Shown here in pieces: positions 37,371 through 46,502 of a stretch of 46,502 nucleotides of DNA. A program made the position numbers and the translations under genes. This DNA comes from Octopus bimaculoides (taxonomy: Eukaryota), in contig NC_068981.1 of NCBI RefSeq assembly GCF_001194135.2, positions 95,927,075-95,973,576 on the forward strand, written 5' to 3'. The notes under the pieces were generated by a model. The model had not been told where the DNA came from. It ran no database searches and saw nothing but the letters and a program-made list of their open reading frames with translations. Every line of letters begins with the position of its first letter. The stretch's first letter is position 1.

Positions 37371-37956
37371 GGATCTCTTTTAAAACGGGGGCCACATTTT
37401 TCATTAACGAAACACTTTGAAACTTGGAACACTGGTAGAATGTGTCATATAAAACATCTTTTTCTCTTAGTCTTCTTTACAAAAAAAGAAATCCCTAAGT
37501 TATTCCATGTTAAAGTTGTCGTATTTCTGTAATTTCAACCAATCACTGACGTCCATTCAGCCGATATACATTAAGTGCCGACTACATAAACAAACGATTC
37601 TGAAACAATTAACCCTAACCCTAACCCTAACCCTAGGGTTAGGGTTAGGGTTAGGGTTAGGGTTAAAGCAAATTTAAAATGAAAAAAGCAAATAAAACGA
37701 AGGTATGGAAATTAAATACGCTTTACATCGCTTAATCAGCCAAAGGAGTAAATGTAAACAACTGAATACTTGTCAGTGATTGGTTGAAATTATCGAAATA
37801 AGACAATTTTTTACATGAAATAAATTCGAATACAAAAATATTTTTCTGTTCTATAACACAAAATAGATAAGTATACGAAGTTTGAAAGTCTTTCCGTACC
37901 AAAAGCACTACGTAAAACATTAATGAAACATGTGGCCCCCGTTTTAAAATAGATCC
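37371..37956. mobile_element. Fold-back MITE with a central telomere-repeat palindrome
   Basis: 37-bp TIRs (35/37), flanking TAAGAATA duplication at 37363-37370 and 37957-37964, and a perfect 21-bp inner IR (37530-37550/37772-37792). The centre is (TAACCC)4-TA-(GGGTTA)5. Confidence 0.9.
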
Positions 37957-39420
37957 TAAGAATATTTTCTGAATTCGTGAGTGGTGATAGAATTTTTAAT
38001 TCAGTAGAGTTATAATAATTCCGTTTGTACTGTATTTAAGATATTTTACACTATTTGCGTCATGTTTATAAAGTTTATTTTTTAACTGACATGTGACGGG
38101 GGCAACAACAACACTTCCTGTTTCTCTCGTTATTATTACTGTTAGTGCTTTTGTTATTTTGCCTATAAAATCGAGTTTTTGTTTCTGGATTATTTGTCAA
38201 TGTAATTCTTTTGTGATTGTATGAATACTTCGGACGCTGTAGACACCTTTATAAGCGTTTTAGAGCTCGCTTTGTGCAAGTTTTAAACTCATGTTATGAG
38301 AAATACTCCTTCTAGTTGTAATAATCTCGTCTTCTTTATTGGCTATTTTAAGAGGGCTGAGTATTTGGGCAAGATTTGGCTGCATTTCTAACTAGGGGGA
38401 AGACTAGTTCGTGTTGTTGTCCACGCTGTTATTCTTCTTGTTGCTGATGACGTTTATGAGGATGTTACTGTTATTGTGCCTAGTGTTGCTGCTTTCTTGG
38501 TCAGAGATTGACTGTTAAAACGCTGCCGCCACGTTCAATGCGAGAAGTGGTAAAAATACCGTTGTTTGCGAAGGTTACGGCGACGACGGTGGACATTCCG
38601 TCCTTTGCTTTCCCTTTGGCAAAAGTAGGGCTGCAAGAAAATAAGCCTATTAGTGAACTATTGAAGTATAGGCTACCATATTTAAAGGAGAGGTCCAAAA
38701 ACAACATTTAATCAAGTTGAAATTATGACCGTATTGAGAAGAGTCATTAGCGTTAACGAAAATTTATCTCAAAAGGAACAAAGAAGAGAACTCTCGAAGT
38801 GTCAATCGACTAAAAATTTAATGGAGACATAAGGCATAAGAGTCTGGTTTCATGACATGCTTAGGTCTTATTAGATCCCTTAACTGAAGCAAAGTCTACT
38901 CACAGCTACCAAGATACTAGAACGATTAATGAATATAGTTTTTTTTATGAGAAAATAATTCACTGATGAGGCGAATTAAGATGTCCTTTGAGTTTATAGC
39001 TTGAACCAGCACTGTTCTCCTCATATCAAGTGTTGATTAGCACATTCTTATAGATGCCCAAAATATCCCTGTATAGGGTATCATCGCTGACAGCCCTATA
39101 TTGAATGCAGAGGTTGATTTTCTACCAATTACATTACTCAACTGTTAGGGAGCTGTGATCTACAGATGCTAATCGCCCATTCTCAATCAGTAATGGTTAC
39201 GAAGAAAAACAAAGAATTAAAATAAGCTATCCCAATATATTGCAATTTTACTTTTTTACTAGTTTCAGTCGTAGTAGCCGTACTGAAACACTACTGTCTA
39301 AGATTTTAGTCGATTCCATCACCTATAGTTTTATTTCAGTCTGGTCTATATTTTTTCTATATCGAACTATTACACCATGTCTAATACACAAAGTGTTGTT
39401 CCTCCCATGTGGATCCACAA

Positions 39421-39492
<72 letters not shown>

Positions 39493-39879
39493 ACACACAC
39501 ATAATGTAGTGGAAAGATTTTACTTTTAGCCAGTTGTCTGAATTTATCGATGGCTAGCGTCAATAATGTATACGTATACAATATTGGAAATATATAACCT
39601 TTGACGTTGAAAGGATAAATAGTAACAGAATTACAGAAAATATTGCAAAGATCAGATCCTATATCAATCAGAGGTGAGTAGAAGTAGAGGTAGAGGTGAC
39701 AACTTGACAATCTGTATCAGTAGAAGTATAGTGTTCATTGCTACTTGCCACCCTTTCGTAAATGTCTGAGGTTACTGAGGGGAACTGAGTCAGCAGCATG
39801 TGAGCCATCAATATCATCAGCAGGCTCAGTGGTTGTAGCAGCGTCGAAAGATGATGATGAGTCAAATTTCAGTTAGTTA

Positions 39880-40560
39880 CCTTGCTGATGCTGCTTCCCT
39901 TAATGAGTTTTCTTAAGTCTCTAATATACTGGCAATATTGCTATATATCAGTTTCTGTTGACAAACTAAGGTACGAAATAACGCTATCAAGGGATTTTCG
40001 TGTAACAGTGAATTTGCTTTGCGGGGCGTGGGGGGAATCATCAGGCTCTCTATCTTTGTTGTCACCAACGAGAATTTCATCCAATTTTTTTTCCCTTCTT
40101 GTGCTAATATTTGATATCCAGGATCGGCCTCGGGATTTTCTTACTAAGTTCCGATCAATGTCATGTGCTTCACCTGCCTGCTTCAGTATACGAGGAAATA
40201 AATCAAATCCTTCAAAATCGTAATTTATCTCCTCATTGTACAATATTTTTTCCAAACACTGAATAGACAAGTAAACTTCAATACTTCCGAGAAGCAATTA
40301 AATGAATATAGCTGACTTGAAGTTGTAGTTCATGACATTACTGTGAGCTCTTTGTCTCATTGAGTCTCCTCTTAACTCGTCTGCTTTTATTGCCAAATAA
40401 ACTTCGTTTTTATATCTTGTATAATCTTTTGGCGATAACAATTATACCTTGGTTGGATTTGGCGGTAATATTAGGTGGCAAGCTCATGCATCTTATTTTA
40501 CCGCACTTGTTAAGCATGTTATTGGTCCATTCTAGATTTATTGCACTCTCTCCACTATCC
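39880..40560 (-). mobile_element. pogo/Tigger-like transposase C-terminal relic
   Basis: CMSLPPNITAKSNQGIIVIAKRLYK resembles LPPNTTS..DQGII..K..Y. It is followed by an acidic tail with FEGF and ..YIRDLRKLI. Confidence 0.6.
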
Positions 40561-41513
40561 AATCTATTTCTGTACGTTGACAGATTCTGTTGGTAGCCAC
40601 GGTGGGGGTACTCAGGTAGGCTCGTTGGCTGATATTCTTTTTGTGCTTATCGTCAGTGGTGTGCATTGCAACTCAATATTTTTGGAACAATGAGGCTACT
40701 TTATTTCATTCAATTTGCCATAAAGGCAGTACACAGAGAGTAGCTACGGGCTGGACAAGCACATTAATGAGATGAGAGGAATGATGATTAATATGGTATT
40801 AATGGGAGAAGACAGGAGCCGCCCGCCGAACTCTGCTTCTCTAAATCATTGTTCTTTTATAAATTTATACATAAATTTACAATTTGAGGCTATAAACCTC
40901 TTACTTTACAATTTCAATTTATCATGTCTTTGAAATGAGGCACTTGCCTCTTACACTTTTCTTTTTATGGGCCACAAGCCCTTTCAATATGAGGCACTCG
41001 TCCTCTTACATTTTACCACCCGACCAGACTCCGTGCTTCACTTAAGCACCTCGCTGGTTCTTCATCGGGCACCTTCAGTAAAAAGCGGAATGCGTCTTTT
41101 GGGAAGGAATTCATCACCCTGCACAAGTCTGTCTCCCACACGACCTCCGCAGTCGCCTGCGGAGGCCAGCTAGGATCCAACAATGAGGCTACTGTATCGA
41201 AGCTTCTGCTTGTCCGGACTAAATGGAAGAGATGGTATCGTTTAGGCTGTTTTATAGTACACTAGGTATTGTAAATTTGTCTGGATGGTTGTGAGTGGTG
41301 TATCGTGAGGTGACGGATACAGATAGGGCTTGAAGCTTGCTGCGGCAATAAAATGTACTCCTCAAATGTTCAAATAGTTATCCATTTTTAGTATTTTTGT
41401 TTCGTTGAACTGGTCTGCGGATGTGATGTGTGAATATGTTATCGTGCGTGGTAAGCATTTTTGTGTACTTTGTTGTTAATTGTGATTTGCTGTGGAGAGA
41501 TGAAGGTCAAGGC

Positions 41514-41595
41514 AGGACTAGAATAAGCCATGATATATCTAATTCATTATTTGTACAAATGATGCATTAGATATATCATGGCCTATCCTAGTCCT
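41514..41595. repeat. 82-bp near-perfect palindrome
   Basis: AGGACTAGAATAAGCCATGATATATCTAAT..ATTAGATATATCATGGCCTATCCTAGTCCT. Confidence 0.9.
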
Positions 41596-41689
41596 ACCTT
41601 CGTTATCCAGTGTCTTGTGATGTTTATTAATGTGATGCAAAATTTTTATTGCTTAAGTGGATAACGGAGGGTGGAGTCAAAAGCTTTGT

Positions 41690-43060
41690 TAATATGGAAG
41701 GTAGAAGGTTATGTGTAAATTTGTTGTTGTTGTTATTGATGTCATGTATTTTCTGTTAGGTTTGTGAGTAGCGTCGTAGTTGAGTGTAGTGATCTGAACC
41801 TGTGATTTTGAGAGGGAAGTGTGTACGTTAGTGATGTCAAGGTTTAGCTTTTCTAGTATTTTTGAATGCGCATATCGGGTGATAAGCTTGTATGGTATTA
41901 CTTGGTTTAGGTTTTTATTGTGAGTCAGAAATGTTGTAATTTTGTCCAGCATCTAAATTCTGGAAACCTGATAATGTTGATACAAGAACTTATAAATATT
42001 GGAGGGAGCAGCACGGTTGTTTTAGTTGCATGTCTTGTGATTTTGTTTCGTATTGGTGCTTTTCACTTTTTAGATTTCCTTATTTGTCTTGAAGTGGTGA
42101 CTGGCGGGAGGAAGCATTTAAAATCATGGTCTGAGTGGAAGGTGCGCATTTATGTCTTTCTGTTTGTCTTTTTTGCGACGCTTTGATGACTGATTTTCGA
42201 GAAATTTCTGATAAGGGCGTTCGCCTGGTTTTGCAGCGTGGGTACATTATTTGAGGTTGTTATTGTGATATAATGTATGGTGTTAACTTTATTGGTGACA
42301 ATAATGATGATGTTAATTACTACATATACCATTTTACTGTATGTTTTATGGTTTATGTTGGATAGAAATGCTTACCAGATTCTTTTTTATTTTGTAGTCT
42401 ACTCCTTTTTCTCATTTTCTTGTTTAATTGTTTGATGTTGAGTTTATTTCAGTCGTATATGGTTTTGGTGTTTTGTGTTTGATGCTGTCACTATTTTTCA
42501 TGTGGTTGGCAATTTCTGTATGTTATATTTATTTATGTTGCCTTGTGGAATATGGTTTTTAGATGTGTCTATAATTACTTTCTTAAATGCGTGTACTGCT
42601 GTATCTCTGTCGGTGGTGGGGATGTTTTGGGATTCTGAAGGACTTGATTCTGTTTCGCGTTTTTAAAAATGTTGAATGTGTTTTTACTTTCATCATTGAT
42701 GTCTAACCATTTGTATTGATAATTGGTAGGTGGTCTGAGAAAAGTCGAGGAATTGTTTGCCAAGTGGTTGTGCTAGCTAAGAGTGAGGAGTAGAGGCGGG
42801 TATCTGGAGTATAGTTGTAGCTGGTTGAGTGAGGTTTTATCATAACAAAGTGTGTCAGTGAAATTAATGTCTGTGGAAGTATTCATCGAACGAGTGAGCA
42901 AAAAAGGTGACATAGTTAGCAGTAGAAGATACTGAATATGCAGTCAAATGAGTAAGTATAATGCTAGGGATAGAAAAGCATGTATTAATACATGAAGTAG
43001 CAGTAAGAAAACAATGAAATTGTACCCGAAAATTACCTGTAAGAGTGAGGTCATGAATAG
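41690..43060 (-). mobile_element. Highly degenerate APE-type LINE remnant
   Basis: SDHLPII at 42738-42718 (end of APE endonuclease) and HSKILEKL (H..LL.KL-like) lie in C/A-biased sequence. This is weak, motif-level support. Confidence 0.4.
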
Positions 43061-43469
43061 GGGTTTGGGTGTATAGAAACTTGTACTATAATGGAAACAA
43101 GGACAACTGAAAGAAGCTGGGCGAATTCTGGAGGAAAGGGTAGAAATTCAGAAGGATTTGAAGTGAATATTCATGATTCTGGTAGCCTAAGTCTTACAGT
43201 ATCCATCAACAAGAAATACGAACTGTTCTATTGCTGTTATCAGAGGTATGCCCTTCTAGTGAACTCTGAACCACTGGCCGCCGACAATTCGGACATACCA
43301 CCTTAGCATCAGCTGCTCTCCTGCACTGGTTGCACCAAGCACAGCGTCATCAACATCCAAGAGCAGGGTCACCACCCATCAACTACCAGCATACGCGTTG
43401 TCTGACCCCCACAGCCTTGTGCATTCTCCCCCACCCAAATACTTAATTCCGTCTCCATATACGTGGTGC

Positions 43470-44180
43470 GCATGCATAAGCAACCACATATGAACACATA
43501 CACAAGCACCTACATGTACGCACCCCCATACGCCCGCACACTCACAAGCTCACACGCCCACACTCGTACACACCCATATACATTCTCGCATGCACCCTCC
43601 CCCACACGTATATATACACACAAGCATGCACGCGCAACCACATGTGAACACACACACAAGCATCTACGTGTGCATACACCCATCATGTGCCACCTCACAC
43701 ACCCGCATACACTATCGTACACCCCACTCACACACGTATATACACGCACACATGCGAGCACACACCCACACGCACGTGTATACACGTACACATGCTTGCG
43801 CACACACAATATATTCACGCACACACACATGCTCACGTATATACACACACAAACCCGTAAGCACGTAAACGCACGCACGTGCGCGCACACATATAAACAC
43901 AGACACACACAAGCACTGTACATATAAACACCGCAGCAGCCATGCCAGCGCACCCGCAAATCCACACTCTTCGTATATGCATGTGTACGCGAGCATACAC
44001 ACACACACACATACATATATACATATACATACTCACACACACATGCGCACATACGTACATATGTGCGCACACACGCTCACAAACTTATACAGATACACAC
44101 ACTCACACACACACACACATACACACACGTATATACGTGCGCGCACACACGTACACAAATTTACACACGCACATGCCCAA
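43470..44180. repeat. Cryptic CA/CG/TA-rich low-complexity tract
   Basis: Degenerate (CA)n mosaic that gives the His/Thr and Val/Cys ORFs. Confidence 0.9.
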
Positions 44181-44529
44181 TCACGCGATCAAAGAAACTC
44201 ATTTTGCTGGTGGAACCGGTGTCAAGCAACGTTATTTCCCGCAACACCATGTGACACTCTTTGACCAATAGCAACCAATCTTCTGGCAGCCATATTGGAC
44301 TTTCTAGATCTCCTTATTCAGCTATTCGAAAGCTTGAAAGAGACAGGCTCCGTTAGGAGCCAGCAACACTTGAACTGGTACGCAAACTGAATCAAACTGT
44401 TTTAAATAATACATGTAACTCTTAGTAAATGCGTTGAGTAACCTTTTCTTTCAATTGTCCACTCACTCATACAATTGCCCCAGACTGTTGAGTTCAATCC
44501 ATGAACTCAACAACTCTGGCTTGCAGTTT

Positions 44530-44710
44530 GCAATGGAGAGACAACCACTGCCGTACTCGCTGAGGAATATCCAATTACCACCAAGGAAAATCTGTTTGAC
44601 GCAACTCGCGGAGAAAACTGAAAGTGTCATCAAGCGCGTGCGCTGGAAGGCTTCTTTCTACGAGAATCCATCAGCTGCTACATCTGCATACAAGTTTGGC
44701 TTGAAATCTA
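44530..44710 (+). mobile_element. Penelope-like element ORF N-terminal fragment
   Basis: YSLRNIQLPPRK..EKTESVIKRVRWKASFYE..YKFGLKS matches the YSLKNIP..KRMRWKAFF..YGFKS pattern of PLE ORFs. It is truncated by (TACA)n. Confidence 0.72.
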
Positions 44711-44716
44711 CATACA

Positions 44717-44750
<34 letters not shown>

Positions 44751-45079
44751 CATACATACATACATACATACATACATACATACATACATACATACATGCA
44801 TGCATATACATATATACACATATATACATACATATATATGTATATACACATACACGTATATTACGTATATACATATATATATATATATATANNNNNNNNN
44901 NNNNNNNNNNNNNNNNNNNNNNNNNNNNNNNNNNNNNNNNNNNNNNNNNNNNNNNNNNNNNNNNNNNNNNNNNNNNNNNNNNNNNNNNNNNNNNNNNNNN
45001 NNNNNNNNNNNNNNNNNNNNNNNNNNNNNNNNNNNATATATATATATATACGTGTGTATATACATCTATATATACGTAC

Positions 45080-45126
<47 letters not shown>

Positions 45127-45127
<1 letters not shown>

Positions 45128-45590
45128 GATGGCCATCCACTCGTGACCAAGGAAGCAAGGAAGACCATTAGGAACATTGTGCGCTCTAGGACTAATTTAT
45201 ATTTTGCATTTGCGGGTCCGTTGGTGGCTAATGAGTCCTACTCTTGACAAGCATACACGACAGGAAACATTACAAACCAAGCGTTCCCCATTCACTACAC
45301 TAGCAGTGCGCTTTCAAGCAACACACTTAAATTCTTCATGCAGAATACGTGTTCTCTCAAAGGTGTCGACTCCCTCCTTAACCTGCTTCCTCCATCTGTA
45401 GTGATGACAGGCATTGCTCTCCCAGTTGGTCTCCTGCATTTCACAGACCTTTAATGAGGACTTGACACAGTCCTTAAATCGCAGCTTTGGTTTCTGCTGG
45501 GGTCTCTTTCCACTAACAAGTTCCCCATATAGAATCTGTTTAGGGATCCTGCTATCCTTCACTCTAATAAGTTTGCGATATATATACACT
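45127..45590 (-). mobile_element. RTE-clade LINE 3' end
   Basis: RIPKQILYGEL..KPKLRFKDCVK..W, then the finger LVCNVSCRVCLSRVGLISHQR and a short 3' UTR ending at (TA)n. Confidence 0.85.
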
Positions 45591-46247
45591 CACTGATTTA
45601 ACGGGGGAAAGCGGAGGCGAAGCAAACGCGATAATGCAGTGACACGTATGTATTTAAAGACTAGAACTAATATAGAAATCTAACATAGAAGAATGTATAT
45701 GTTAGTTGTTCATCCCTATCCCAAATGTACTCAAAACCTAAGAGGAGTTTTTACATGTTTCAGTTGCTGCCATGAAGGAAATTTTGACTTCTTAAATTTC
45801 ATTTTCATTGTTTGCTCTATGCTATATGCAGAAAGAAGTCTTTTATAGCTGTTATTTATAAACATGATTGCTGAAACGCTTGATGGCCGTACGTTCAAGT
45901 ACATGATCCAGTTACTGATAAAGAGAAATTCATACACACATACATGCAAATATAAACACATTATACACCCGCAGAAATACGCACACATATACATACATGT
46001 GTGTGTGTGTGTGTGCGCGCGCGTGCTAAGAAGGTTCTCTAGCTTGAATCTGTATAGGACATGTCTTGAAGCCCTTTGAAAAACTGAATATTAAGATTTC
46101 TAACTTCATTGTCTTGATAGGGCATCATATTTAAACATCATTCATAGGATTTGGCGTGATATTTTTTTCTTTTTTATCCTAGATACAGTATTGAACAGCA
46201 TTTGTACTTTAGAGATATTTCCCTGAAGAAATTCTACGGAAAATTTA

Positions 46248-46390
<143 letters not shown>

Positions 46391-46502
46391 GTTCAGTAGT
46401 TTTATTTTTATAACGTGCTTTCACTTCACTACCGAGCGCAGCTCTATGCGCCTTGGGTATGTGCTGTGGTTTGTTGTGGTGCTCTTATGTTTACTGTATT
46501 GA
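46391..46502 (-). mobile_element. 3' UTR of a LINE with (TAA)n tail, probably RLE family 1
   Basis: On the minus strand it ends ..ATAAAAATAAAACTACTGAAC-(AAT)n. The link to family 1 is recalled; only a few nt overlap with 7603 in this window. Confidence 0.5.

Noticed and set aside
37610-37665. Chromosome-fusion site
   Set aside because: It is only 56 bp and is enclosed by TIRs and a TSD, so a transposon explains it better.
38501-38711. Overlapping 67-68 aa ORFs
   Set aside because: No motif or splice context; probably degenerate retroelement sequence.

Overview
AT-rich, microsatellite-dense animal genomic DNA from a draft assembly with 13 N-gaps. The SINE families, repeat landscape and TTAGGG repeats suggest an octopus/coleoid genome (inference from recalled repeat families, not a database search). 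The ORF track misses the host gene. It is a minus-strand M14A metallocarboxypeptidase (CPA/CPB-like) gene, of which five phase-compatible GT-AG exons can be assembled (36717-36642, 34250-34114, 27250-27160, 23314-23213, 10184-10077). They encode the activation peptide, an RAKR junction and the zinc-binding H-G-R-E-W motif. Exon 1 is uncertain, and the remaining exons lie in gaps or left of the window. The rest is mostly transposon-derived: four tRNA-SINE families, a 5S rRNA relic, Tc1/mariner/maT/pogo relics, a complete non-autonomous Helitron, MITEs, RTE and RLE-type LINE pieces, and Penelope-like (PLE) fragments. The most interesting signal is a ~2 kb cluster (20431-22385), inside intron 23212-10185, of three inverted-repeat modules carrying hammerhead-ribozyme motifs. 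One of these hammerheads (21936-21837) has an intact core on the pre-mRNA strand. Also notable are a fold-back MITE centred on a perfect telomere-repeat palindrome and an out-of-order exon-5-like sequence. No CRISPR or prokaryotic features were found.
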